A stretch of 63,874 nucleotides of DNA, filler included, from Octopus bimaculoides (lineage: Eukaryota), in assembly GCF_001194135.2 (NCBI RefSeq). It is 5 parts of 5 records of this genome, joined end to end, with 100 filler letters (N's around TTAATTAATTAA, not from the genome) between each part and the next. Parts side by side here need not be neighbours in the genome. Positions count along the whole stretch, not along the records: positions 47,770 to 56,772 come from NC_068987.1; positions 56,873 to 61,995 come from NC_069009.1; positions 62,096 to 63,874 come from NC_068991.1; 2 more parts are not named here. One strand, given 5' to 3'. The notes beneath the pieces are model-generated. The model was not told the origin of the DNA, did not search any database, and saw only the letters and a list, made by a program, of their open reading frames with translations. Every line of letters begins with the position of its first letter. Position 1 is the first letter of the stretch. Made by a program: the position numbers and the translations under genes. Shown piece by piece: positions 51,571-63,874 of the stretch.

Positions 51571-52214
51571 GATGTAAAACTTACTCCTCTATCTCATCTA
51601 AAAGTTACACACCTGAAAGTTTCAGAATAATCAGTTTTAAAAAAATACGTTAAAATATTTTCCCACCCAAGATAGAGATTTTTCATCTCAAGAATCTTTC
51701 TCTATCATCTTAAAAAGAATGAGCATAATTAGGTAGTGTAATATTTATGTAACTATGGTTTTGTTTCCCATACCTGGATTTCTTTCCTCATAATTGTTTC
51801 CATAACAAATATCTTAAATTAAACTTTCCATAGATCCATTTTCCAAGATGTAGATTACAATAAAGTTATTAAAAAATTCTTTATTTTTAAGTCAGAAAGG
51901 AAAGAAGCCAATACTTTTTCAATTATTCAATAATTTGATCATGATCATTGTACAATATAAAAAAAGAGAAGACATTTTTGATATTATTTTGATGAACCTT
52001 ATTCCATATCAATTTAAAACTGGTAACCATAATGAGAAACATTTTCAAGTTGATATGTTTAGCTTATAAAACAAGTGTGTCACACATCAGATGTCAAAAT
52101 GATTGTAGAACAACATAAAATGAAGTATTTTGCTAAAGAACACTGCACTACCTCATCTGCGAGTCAAAATCACAATCTCATGATCATGAGTGCAGCACCC
52201 TAACCACTAAGCCA

Positions 52215-52315
52215 AAGATTTCAGGATGTCAAGAAAATAAAAGTGAATGCAACGAGGAGGCAGCTGCTGATTATCCCACAGAACAAGTTCCAGGAATGCT
52301 TCAATCAATGAGGAT
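52215..52315 (+). mobile_element. Mariner transposase C-terminal fragment
   Basis: RFQDVKKIKVNAT..IPQNKFQECFNQ*. Confidence 0.5.
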
Positions 52316-52339
52316 CACAGGTCAGTGCAGGTGGCATAT

Positions 52340-53050
52340 TTGCAGGTGCTTTTCTCTTTTACCTTGCACCCTGAAGCCTGTTAATGCTGGTTGCAACAAA
52401 GTTTCTAATACCATTTCGACACAACAATCTTCATTTTGTTCACTCCAAGGCAGTTCCCTCAAAGGTGTTGTGCTCTATCTTTATTTCTAAGAGATTACTC
52501 TTCTGCTTGTCCTTATATGGTCAACCAACATTCCTGTGCCCACTATCACGTTGGCTGTACATGAGGACATTGGGTATTCTTTTGTCACTCATTCTAATGA
52601 CATGACAAGCCCAGGGCAATTGTGATTGCATAAGGAAGCTCTTGATTTCACCAATCTTACACTTGCTAAACACGTTAGCATTAGAAACTCTGTCTTTTAG
52701 TAAATAACCGCAGATTGTCCTCAGACAGTCTTTGCGGAAGATGTGCTTGCCAGGCCTTAGTAAAGTCAATGAATACCATGAACAACTCTTGGTTTTCTCA
52801 CGTACTTTCCCCATGACCTGTTGAAGCGAAAAGATCATATTGATAATGCCACAACCAGACTGAAATCCACACTGTGATTCTGGATAGATATCATTTACAT
52901 GTTTGAGGATCCTGTCAAGAATGAGTCGAGCAAGAATCTTACCAGCAATAGACAGAAGCGATATCCCATGATGATTATCACAGACACTTCTGTTTCCTTT
53001 GTTCTTATAAAGATGTTGAATTGAGGCATTCTTGAAGTCCTGTGATACAC
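52340..53050 (-). mobile_element. RTE-clade LINE fragment with a large internal deletion
   Basis: FKNASIQHLYKNKGNRSVCDNHHGISLLSIAGKILARLILDR..PESQCGF..MIFSLQQ joined directly to LRTICG..WACHVIRMSDKRIP. The YADD region is absent. Confidence 0.88.
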
Positions 53051-53113
53051 AACCTATCATATGTATATATATATAACATATATATATATATGTGTGTGTG
53101 TATAACATATATA

Positions 53114-53516
53114 GGCGCAGGAGTGGCCGTGTGGTAAGAAGCTTGCTTCCCAACCACATGGTTCCAGTTTCAGTCTCATAGTATGGCACTTTGGGCAAGT
53201 GATTTCTACTATAGCCTTAGGCCGACCAAATCCTTGTGAGTGAATCTGGTAGATAGAAACTGAAAGAAGCTTGTTGCATTCATATTTATATACGTGTGTG
53301 TGTGTGTGTGTGCATGCGCATTTGTTCCCTTATCACCACTTGACAACCAGTGCTGGTGAGTATACGTCCCTGTAACTTAGTGGCTCAACAAAAGAAATCA
53401 ATAGAATAAGTACCAGGCTTAAAAAATAAGTACTGGGGTCAATTCATTTGACTAAGAATTCAAAGCAGTGTCCCAGCATAGTTGCAGTCTAATGACTGAA
53501 AGAGGTAAAAGATAAA
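53114..53516 (+). mobile_element. Family B SINE, CpG-decayed
   Basis: GGCGCAGGAGTGGCCGTGTGGTAAGAAGCTTGCTTCCCAACCACATGG..CACTTTGGGCAAGTG..AATAAGTACTGGGGTCAATT. Confidence 0.9.
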
Positions 53517-53584
53517 AAGTAACAGATATACATATATATATATATAAAGATTTAAATACACAACCCAAAAATCTAGAAATAGTC

Positions 53585-55625
53585 TCATGCTTTTATGATA
53601 CTTGATCAGGCATATTTATAAAATACACCATGTGTCTTAAAGCAATCTTTCAGGCTCTGTTCATGTGTTATATATATTTTAAAAACAAGGACTTTGGACA
53701 GTAAAAGAATAAGTAAAAAACATGAAGCTGTTATTACTCTAAAAGATCGGAAACCCAGTTTCAGTAATAAGCTGACCTGTAAGCTTTTAAACCCAGCGAG
53801 GACTGAAATGGGTTTAGGAACTAAAAAAATACTAAGGAAGGTTAAGATCAGAATTAGAGAGAGCTAAACTACAACAATGGGATAATAGCAACACGGTCAT
53901 AGATTGCTCTAGGAATATAAAAGATAAGCATAGAGCTAAATTCAGTCAATTTGACATTGTTGGTTTCTATCTCTCAATATCAAGATCATTGCTAAATAAG
54001 GTGACTGAGTTTGCAAAAACATATGTAGATACATATTAAATACACCTGCATGCAAGAAAGACTCTTCTATTTAGTAAGGGCTCAGCATGGGTTAAAAAAT
54101 CAGAAACAGAAGAATTGCTTGATGTATCGACAGGATTGTATGACAGTGCAAATATCTACAATCTTGTGGGTTTCTTTATATTAAATACACTGAGAACCAA
54201 GTTCCTATCCCATAATATTGGTCTATATAGAGATGATGGGTTGGGAATATCTCATTGATACCTTTAGTCAATTAGGCTTCAAAATCACTGTTGTTTCTAA
54301 TCTGTCCTAACATTGATTTTTTAGATGTTTCCCTAAACTTAAACTCCGTCTTCTATAAGCTGTATCATAGACCAAACAAGAAGGTCTCATACATAAACAG
54401 TCCTGTCACACCCCCTCCTATAGTCTTCAAAAATTTGATAGTTAACATTAGTAATATGATATCAAATCTATTTTCTTCTAAACAAATATTTAATAAGGAA
54501 ACCCCGTCCTATAACAATGCCCTAGCTAACAGTGACTTCAAAGATAAAATATATTACAACTCTCTAAGCAAAAGTAGATTTTAAAAAATAGACCTAGGAA
54601 AATAATTTGGTTTACCCCTCCTTTCTCTCTTAATGTTAAGACTAACATAGGCAAGAAATTCCTGTCTCTTTTAGATAAACATTTTCCAATAAATCATAAA
54701 TACAGGAAAATTTTTAACAGACACTCAATAAAAAATATCATACAGCTGCTACCTCAATATGTAGAACATTATAACTCACAGAAATTATCAAGAGACCACT
54801 CCCAGTTGTAACTGTCAAAAAGCTGAAGCTTGCCCACATGACTAAGCATGTATGATAAACTCTGTCATATATGAAGTTGAAGTTATATCTATGCTCCAAG
54901 ACAAATCAATCGAAAAGAAGAACTACATGTGAAGGCGAATTCAAGAGACATTATGCAAACCACATGTCTTCATTCCAGCACATTGATAAAAATAATGCAA
55001 CCAAGTTGACTAGACATGTATGGAATTTGAGGAGCAGCTCCATACCACATGCAATTAAGTGGAGAATAGTGGAGAAATCCAAGCCATATGTTAATGGATC
55101 TAAGAAATGCAACTTATGTGTAGCAGAAAGATCCCATATTCGTCTTAGATCCAGCAATTCCAAAAGATTGCTTAATTTGAGATCCGAAATTTTTAGCAAG
55201 TGTAGACACATGGACAGGCTTCATTTATCAAATTGGTGGGCACCACTTGCTCTGGATTGAGTTGCTGTCTTGCAGACTTTGACATATTTTCTGTTATTTT
55301 GTTCTTAATCAGTTGTAGTTAATGAGCTTTCTGCAATCAGGGAGGATGAGGACATTGGTTTTCTTGATTTTGTTTCTTATTTTTTTGTTCCATTTTTTGC
55401 ACCAACCTTCTTGATGTTTTTTCCACATTTTTTATTATTTTTTTACTGTCCAGCATCCTTGTTTTTAAAATATATATAACACATAAACAGAACCTGAAAG
55501 ATTGCTTTAAGATACATGGTGCATTTTATAAATATGCCAGTTCGTGCATCATAAAAGCATGAAATATGCCAGTTTGAGTATCATAAAAGCATGAAATATG
55601 CCAGTTCGAGTATCATAAAAGCATA
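53585..55625 (+). mobile_element. Penelope-like element: truncated RT plus GIY-YIG, flanked by inverted ~122 bp repeats
   Basis: ITLKDRKPSF..FSQFDIVGFYLSIS..HARKTLLF..GLYRDDGL, IDFLDVSLNL, FKRHYANHMSSF..TKLTRHVWNL..IKWRIVEKSKPY..KCNLCVAE..LNLRSEIFSKCRH. 53585-53706 is the reverse complement of 55441-55562. Confidence 0.92.
55531..55625 (+). repeat. Three tandem 32 bp units AAATATGCCAGTTyGwGyATCATAAAAGCATr
   Basis: Direct. Forms the end of the putative pLTR. Confidence 0.9.
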
Positions 55626-56172
55626 ACAGCTCTTTCGGTTGTTTATTTAAATTGATACTTATCTCTAATTGGATGGAGTACTTTTTTGTTGATTCTACCT
55701 CTATTGGATTTTAAACTACACACACACATAGATCTCTAGTTAAAACATTGAGTTTATAAAATAATGAAAATTCAGAATTTATATTTTCTTATAATAATCA
55801 TATTTTTAAAAATTAAAAATGAGTTAACAATTCCTACAAATTTTTGTAGTTTGCAGCTGTTAGATATTTTAAACCTTAGGCACAGTACTGATAACAAGGA
55901 CACAGTCTGCCATAAGACTTCAGGTTGCTGGTAACATGCAAAATAGATCTGATACTTATCAGCAGAAACAATAAGAAACCAAACAGATATAGACAGGCAG
56001 ATGCAAATTGAAATAGTTTCACTCACCAAACAAGTAAACGTATTCTTCTGGGTGGCAATAAATAAAGTAAATGGTCAGAAGCACCAATATTATTATTTCA
56101 AGCATATTAGACATAAAGCAACCAAAGAATGAGTGTCTTGTGTAACTTCACACAAACACACTCAAATACATT

Positions 56173-56210
<38 letters not shown>

Positions 56211-57099
56211 ACATATATGTCCAAAACCCATGTCAGCATGGAAGACAGATGTTAGAAGATGATATATATGAGTAGACGAAACGCATGCATCTAATAAATG
56301 TAAATTTAATGGTAACACATACAACAAGGAATTCTCACATCATAAGCAGCCAATAACTCTAAACAAATATATTGCAGTTAGAGTTGATAGTAGTAATACT
56401 AAATATATCAAATTTAAGGAACATAAGAATACATTACACACACACATTCTGTTATATGTAACAGAAACAGCATTAGATTAAAATGGCTATCTGTGTATCA
56501 TTCTGTAAGTAAATACATCACAAAAAATGCCCAATTAGGCAGACTCACGCATTTAGCATTCTCACCAGCCACTGATGGATGATTTTTGTCTGCTACTGAT
56601 ATAATTTGTGTTTTTATCACAGTAGTCAATAAGAGATATTCTCACTAGATGAATACTACAGTAAATTTGTGTATTTGTGATGTACAATTAAGTATGATAC
56701 ATAGATCTCTCTCTGACATTTACATATTATATATATATATATATATATACACACACATATATATATATATATNNNNNNNNNNNNNNNNNNNNNNNNNNNN
56801 NNNNNNNNNNNNNNNNTTAATTAATTAANNNNNNNNNNNNNNNNNNNNNNNNNNNNNNNNNNNNNNNNNNNNTAGTAACTACTAAATCTATTCCATGCAA
56901 CCCGAGGTCGTCACCTTTGCTGCCATTCCAACCTGAGGTCACCTATTTATTATGCAACATAGGTTTTCTTACATATAGAGGAGAGTGAAGGGTAATTCCC
57001 CTTCCGCTTACCTTGCGTCATGTTATTTGGGGTTTTGAAACTTTTTGGTACAGGTGGGATGAAAAAGGTTTCTGAAATGGTCCAATGAATTCAGTGAAT

Positions 57100-58000
57100 G
57101 AATGTTTTAAAACTGTATACCTAATAGATTAGATAGATCTCGATAGGAGGGGGAATGTTGGGGTTCAGAGGTTCTTATTTTGATTTTCTTGATGAGTATC
57201 TTTCTGTTAATTGCATTGGTTCGTTATTGTTAGAGTTTATGCCTCAGGGGGAGGCGGGTTTGGTGTTTTCTGTGCTTGTGGTGGACGTGTTCGTTTTATT
57301 AGCTATGGAAGCTGGGTGGGGCTATTACATTTTCTGCATTTTTGTGTGACGGTAGTCCAATTAATCTTCTGTTTTTTTCTGAGCTTCATACACTGGCGCC
57401 GCTCTTTTGGTAGATTTTGGTTTCCTTCAGAGGTGTTGGCTGGGTTTCGCCTATCTTCTCAGTTTCCATTGCATTGTGGTTTCATCGATTAGTGTCATCT
57501 TAACGTTGGTATAGGTCCCGCAGCTTTTGCCTCTCCGCCATGACTCTTAATTTGGTGTATTCACCAATTAAAATTGCGTCCGGAATTTTTCCAGGTCGGC
57601 AGAGGGTGCCTGGATTACTATTTCTAATCCCTGCTCTGCCAGTTTTGCTGGAAAAATTTGTTTGCTTGAAGGATTGTGATCTTGTCTTCTAATCCGAATA
57701 TTAGAGCTGCCATAGGCCATGAAACATCAACTTCTGGCGGCACTTCTCCTACATTTGTCTTGGAAGTACGTCCTCCATGATATTTTGCAGGAGAACCAGC
57801 TCGGCTGATTCGAGCGCGGTTGTTTTATGTTGCCTGGTTTTCTCTTCAGTGCTTGAATATTACCTCCAAGTTAACGAACTGTCCTCTTGTTATATCTGTA
57901 GTATCGTGCCATATAGGTTGTAATCAATTCTCTATGGCCTCCTTGTAGGCAATATCAAACTTTTTGTTTTTTATCCAAAAAGTTTCATATATCACAGTTT
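57100..58000 (-). mobile_element. Possible decayed LINE ORF1-like region
   Basis: An interrupted frame YHGGRTSKTNVGEVPPEVDVSWPMAALIFGLEDKITILQANKFFQQNW looks protein-coding but has stops. Family assignment is from recollection only. Confidence 0.3.
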
Positions 58001-58204
58001 TCTGTGTGATGTGGATGACTTCCCCGGGCGGGCTAAATTTTAGTACTAGTCTCACCATGAGTAAGTCCTAGGATCGATGTTTTCCAATATACACGGTGCT
58101 CCAGGATGACCGCAGTAAAATTGCTGAAGTACTAAATGAATAAATGAATGAGCATATATGTTACATATACATAAACATATATATTTGTTTTTTTTGTTTT
58201 GTTT

Positions 58205-58247
<43 letters not shown>

Positions 58248-59580
58248 CTGTATCTGTCTGGCGATCTATCTACCTACATAACCGGGTATATATTGATAGA
58301 TAAATTGATAGAAGGATAGAATGATAGATAGATAGACGTCCCCTGTTTCGGTTTAGTCTTCTTTATCTTTTCCATATTTCTCCCTATCTACTGGTCTTTA
58401 ATTTTCTTCGTTTTCTCATCCTCCTCTTTTATTATAGTTTTTTTTTTACTTTCTATATCAGCGTCCTTCTCCTCATCATATTCACAATGATTAACTGCAG
58501 CCTCAATTATAATCATCATCATCATCATCATCATCATNNNNNNNNNNNNNNNNNNNNNNNNNNNNNNNNNNNNNNNNNNNNNNNNNNNNNNNNNNNNNNN
58601 NNNNNNNNNNNNNNNNNNNNNNNNNNNNNNNNNNNNNNNNNNNNNNNNNNNNNNNNNNNNNNNNNNNNNNNNNNNNNNNNNNNNNNNNNNNNNNNNNNNN
58701 NNNNNNNNNNNNNNNNNNNNNNNNNNNNNNNNNNNNNNNNNNNNNNNNNNNNNNNNNNNNNNNNNNNNNNNNNNNNNNNNNNNNNNNNNNNNNNNNNNNN
58801 NNNNNNNNNNNNNNNNNNNNNNNNNNNNNNNNNNNNNNNNNNNNNNNNNNNNNNNNNNNNNNNNNNNNNNNNNNNGTATATTTCCACATACTTAGTATCT
58901 TTCCATCCTTCTTTCTTAACATTCATTTGCCGCTCTGTGACTTACATTCTCTCTATATATGTGAATGTGTACATGTGTGTGACAATGTGCTTGATCATAT
59001 GTCTTTGGATTCTACATCATCGCTGTTTGGTATTTTGTGTAAAGTGTGTGTATGGGCATGTGTATATGTGTGCATGAAATATGAAGAAAAATATATAGTC
59101 CTTTAATGTTTCGTCTTGGGCCGGAAGTATTAAGCAGATCATAACACATTTGCTTTATTCATGTTCGGGTGAAAATTTACGAGGTAAAAACACGATTAGA
59201 AGAATAGTTGGAAGTGTTTCAATGTGAAAAAAGGCTGGTAGACGTTTAACAAGTTTGTACAAATGTATATGCTGATTGGTCTTACCAAGCGCAAACACCA
59301 ACATTGATTGAATACATGGATACGAATGAAAATCAAAATATTGCTATTTGGAAAGGAAAGAACACTTTCGATATTGCAGAAAGATTTTTAGGTCATGTAT
59401 ACAGTCTGTTAAAATGTACTTTCGAACATCAGGTAAGACGATCGGCCTTTCTCTGAGCATATTGTTCAAGTAGCAGAAACAGACTTATGCTGTAGTAATA
59501 CTGCATAATGAAATCACTGGAGAGTGAAAAGTGGTTGGCAATATAAATGTTTATAATAATCGACACAATTTCAAAACAGG

Positions 59581-59762
<182 letters not shown>

Positions 59763-59763
<1 letters not shown>

Positions 59764-60798
59764 CCGGGGACGTTTAACGAGATTACACCGGGGACGTTTA
59801 ACATGTGAGAACGATAAATCACTGCTCCGAAATTTATCCAAAAACATCGGAAATAAAAACATCGCATAGAGCCAAACATAGCTGTCAAAGGGTTGGACTA
59901 TATCCGAGTAAGTAATACCCACTGAAATTTATTTCCATTGTTCCAAATATAATGATGTATTTTAACTGGATATCTCCACTACTCGCACAGGAAAAGTAAA
60001 CAAGCTTGTTACATCAACACCAGACCATCTCTGGTCCCAAACACCATGTACAAAAAAAGACAAACAGATTAAATAATACCGGTATTATTCCACCCAAGAA
60101 TAACAGCCGGGATGTGCGTACTATAAGCTTGTTACGCAAAAACTACGAAGAGCTGCACGTGCAAAACAATTTGACAACAGAAATGAAGGATCCGGTACAC
60201 AAACAAAACCAAAACGGTATAAATGGACACGTGAGGAATACATTTCGATCCTACACGCTTATCTTATAGCAGTGCTCTACCCAAAGAACGAAAACGCAAC
60301 AACACATATAAAATATGGAAGAAAAATAATGTAAATAAAGACGTCGATAAAACAATGAACCCTAACAAACTAGCTAACATACGAAGATATATTCTCAAAG
60401 CAAGAAAAAATATCAGAAATTGAAATAGAACAATTGAAAGGAAAAATACATCAGTGAAATCTAGATAGTAGCCACAGAAAAATGCCAAATAATAATATAA
60501 ACCCTGAGATAGTAAACCACGAAGACAAACGTAACATTTCCGCCAAATACGATGTAACAAAAATCAATAAACCCAGACCATAGAGATGTATAAAAACAGA
60601 GCTCAATGCTAAAAACAAGATAATAGGTATTCACACTTTAGCTGTCCCATTGTAAGTTACAGCTGCAATGTACTTAACTGGACACTAAACGAACTATCTA
60701 AAATAAACAGGAAAACAAGAAAAATAATTAGAGGATCTAGGTTGCAACACCAAACATCTGACATAGAAAGGCTATATATAAAAATTAAACTACTGAAC

Positions 60799-60800
<2 letters not shown>
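59763..60800 (+). mobile_element. R4/Dong-clade element copy 1: 5' end and N-terminus fused by deletion to a post-RT segment
   Basis: KRYKWTREEYISILHAY..MNPNKLANIRRYILK..EIEQLKGK, then KTELNAKNKIIGIHTLAVP/SYSCNVLNWTLNELSKINRKTRK..TSDIERLYIK. Confidence 0.8.
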
Positions 60801-60883
<83 letters not shown>

Positions 60884-60886
<3 letters not shown>

Positions 60887-61995
60887 CCGGGGATGTTTAA
60901 CATGTGAGAACGATAAATCACTGCTCCGAAATTTATCCAAAAACATCGGAAATAAAGACATTGCATGGAGCCAAAAAATAGTTGACAAAGGGTTGGACTA
61001 TATCCGAGTAAGTAATACTCATTGAAATTTATTTCCATTTTTCCAAATATAATGATGTATTTTAACTTGATTCTTCCACTACCCGCACAGCGATCGTAAA
61101 CACACGTGTTACATCAAAATCAGACCATATCCAAACACAAACACCATGTACAAAATAATTACTGATTAAATAACGCCGGTATTATTCCACCCAAGAATAA
61201 CAACCGAGAAGTGCTTACTGTAAGCTTGTTACGAAAAAAGTACGAAGATATGAACGTGCAAACAATCTAACAACAGAAATAAACAAACCGGTACCCTACA
61301 AAAACGATGACCGTCAAAATAAAGGGTCGGACGTTGTTCCTCATGTCCCGCAAACAAAACCAAAACGGCATAAATGGACACGTGAGGAATACATTTCGAT
61401 CCTACACGCTTATTTCACAGCAGTGCTCTACCCAAAAAACGAAAACGCAACAACACATGCATATAAAATATGGAAGAAAAATAATGTAAATATAGACCTG
61501 GATACAACAATGAACCCTAACAATTTAGCTAACATAAGAAGATATATTCTAAAAGCAAAAAAAAAATATCAGAAATAGAAATAGAACAATTGAAAGGGAA
61601 AATACATCATGAAAATCTAGATAGTAGTCACACAGCAATGCCAAATAATAATATAAACACTAAGATAGCAGAATACAAGGACAAACGTAACATTTCCCGG
61701 TAAACAAAAAACAACAAACCCAGACCGTAGAGATGTATAATAGTGTACAAAAAGCACCAATTCAGAACACCACAGACAAACATATGAATGAAAAGGAAGG
61801 CAAAACAAATCTAAAGCCTGGGAATAACGAAGGGAAACCTAATAATTACGATACTATGAAAATGAAAATAACCGAAGAACTGAAAACCACAGATCTTAGA
61901 ATGGACCACAGATTATATCTCCCAAAAATCAAAATAGACAATAAAACAACATCAATAATAAATAGCATAAACCTGGCCGTGACGGAACTAACAAC
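60884..61995 (+). mobile_element. R4/Dong-clade element copy 2: 5' end and N-terminal region running into a gap
   Basis: Follows an (AAT)n run from about 60800. KRHKWTREEYISILHAYFTAVLYPK..NLANIRRYILK..HRLYLPKIK. Aligns with copy 1 over about 800 bp. Confidence 0.8.
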
Positions 61996-62279
61996 NNNNN
62001 NNNNNNNNNNNNNNNNNNNNNNNNNNNNNNNNNNNNNNNTTAATTAATTAANNNNNNNNNNNNNNNNNNNNNNNNNNNNNNNNNNNNNNNNNNNNTATAT
62101 ATGTATATATGTGTGTGTATGTATGTATGTATGTATGTATGTATGTGTGTATATACACACGCATGTGTACGTATGTATGTGTGTATATTCCTATCGAGGT
62201 GAAGGTGTCTCAACAATTGTTGAAAAACAAAAACAACGACGGCACCAAAACCGATATCAACAGTCTAACAGCCTCCGCG

Positions 62280-62311
62280 ATCACCATCATCATCATCTAC
62301 ATAATCATCAC

Positions 62312-62346
<35 letters not shown>

Positions 62347-62359
62347 CCATCATCATAAC

Positions 62360-62400
<41 letters not shown>

Positions 62401-62442
62401 CCATCATCATCATTATGGACCGAATAATAATAATAATAATGA

Positions 62443-62504
<62 letters not shown>

Positions 62505-62528
62505 ATAATAATAATAATAATAATAATA
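62280..62528. repeat. (CAT)n/(AAT)n/(ACT)n compound array
   Basis: Direct. Confidence 0.95.
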
Positions 62529-63368
62529 NNNNNNNNNNNNNNNNNNNNNNNNNNNNNNNNNNNNNNNNNNNNNNNNNNNNNNNNNNNNNNNNNNNNNNNN
62601 NNNNNNNNNNNNNNNNNNNNNNNNNNNNNNNNNNNNNNNNNNNNNNNNNNNNNNNNNNNNNNNNNNNNNNNNNNNNNNNNNNNNNNNNNNNNNNNNNNNN
62701 NNNNNNNNNNNNNNNNNNNNNNNNNNNNNNNNNNNNNNNNNNNNNNNNNNNNNNNNNNNNNNNNNNNNNNNNNNNNNNNNNNNNNNNNNNNNNNNNNNNN
62801 NNNNNNNNNNNNNNNNNNNNNNNNNNNNNNNNNNNNNNNNNNNNNNNNNNNNNNNNNNNNNNNNNNNNNNNNNNNNNNNNNNNNNNNNNNNNNNNNNNNN
62901 NNNNNNNNNNNNNNNNNNNNNNNNNNNNNNNNNNNNNNNNNNNNNNNNNNNNNNNNNNNNNNNNNNNNNNNNNNNNNNNNNNNNNNNNNNNNNNNNNNNN
63001 NNNNNNNNNNNNNNNNNNNNNNNNNNNNNNNNNNNNNNNNNNNNNNNNNNNNNNNNNNNNNNNNNNNNNNNNNNNNNNNNNNNNNNNNNNNNNNNNNNNN
63101 NNNNNNNNNNNNNNNNNNNNNNNNNNNNNNNNNNNNNNNNNNNNNNNNNNNNNNNNNNNNNCACCACCACCACCACCATCTGCATTCAAATCATTAATAT
63201 CGTCACCATCGTTATCATCATCATCATAATCATCATCGTCATCGTCATCATCATCATCATCATCAACATCATAAAAAAAAAAAACATAGTCGAAAAGCAA
63301 ATAAAACAAAGCTGTATATATATATATATATAATAGAAACTCGAACCCAATACAATCACCGCCCCTCA

Positions 63369-63497
63369 CAACAACAGCAACAACAACAACAACAACAACA
63401 ACAAGAACAACAGCAGCAGCAGCAACAACAACAACAAGAACAACAGCAGCAGAAGCAGCAGCAGCGGCAGCAGCAGCAGCAACAACAACAACAACAA
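63369..63497. repeat. Mixed (CAA/CAG)n array
   Basis: Direct. Includes a duplicated CAAGAACAACAGCAGCAG sub-unit. Confidence 0.9.
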
Positions 63498-63777
63498 CCG
63501 GGTAGTCTGTAGATCAGACACAATAGACAACAGAGATGTGTTATTAGTTAAAGCAGAGCCAAGGTCATGAATTGTAGTAATGAGTGGCGAGCGATAGGTT
63601 TGGGAGGTGGTGGGCAGGTGGAGCGGCGGAGAGGCGGCAGCACAGATAAAGAAGTATATGTATCCGTGTGTGTGTGTGTGTGTGTGTGTCTGTGTGTTTG
63701 TGTGTGCGTAAAACTTATGCACCTGTGTGTATGCAGATATGTATATATATGTATATTTATGTCTATCTATCTGTCTA

Positions 63778-63808
<31 letters not shown>

Positions 63809-63810
63809 CA

Positions 63811-63874
<64 letters not shown>

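Noticed and set aside
52521-53198. 225 aa ORF as a host CDS
   Set aside because: Chimera of antisense SINE, (TA)n and a deleted RTE fragment.
55531-55625. 32 bp repeats resembling a CRISPR array
   Set aside because: Contiguous tandem units with no spacers, no cas genes, eukaryotic PLE context.
56565-56645. 79 nt candidate exon (-) upstream of the 21 nt microexon candidate
   Set aside because: Splicing the two creates an in-frame TGA; no homology support.
59315-59432. ATG-initiated 118 nt open segment ending at CAG|GTAAGA
   Set aside because: The peptide MDTNENQNICYLERKEHFRYC resembles nothing I recognise, and such a match is expected by chance.
63336-63506. CAA/CAG run reading as a polyglutamine exon
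   Set aside because: Poor splice acceptor, a stop right after the tract, and no flanking domain; trinucleotide arrays are ubiquitous here. RNA-seq would settle it.

Overview
Eukaryotic, AT-rich, repeat-saturated draft-assembly window with about 19 N-gaps. The SINE families and microsatellite load look like a coleoid cephalopod, probably Octopus (inference). No intact host gene, tRNA, rRNA or CRISPR array is supported, and nearly all long ORFs in the track are microsatellite or N-gap artefacts. The real content is decayed mobile DNA: three Penelope-like elements (RT and/or GIY-YIG), four R4/Dong-clade fragments in (TAA)n arrays, a CRE-like RT fragment, two RTE fragments, an L2/CR1-like 3' end, mariner elements and MITEs, and at least four tRNA-derived SINE families. 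Most interesting: (1) Dong 3' ends sitting twice tail-to-tail in the (TTA)n tail of the same SINE family, suggesting SINE tails act as landing pads; (2) a dispersed ~150 bp repeat carrying minimal type I hammerhead-ribozyme cores, plus several unrelated degenerate hammerhead-like motifs; (3) tandem Dong 5' ends with a structured leader; (4) a mariner made of two inverted 5' halves; (5) a ~7 kb CpG-depleted domain that may mark an unseen methylated gene body.
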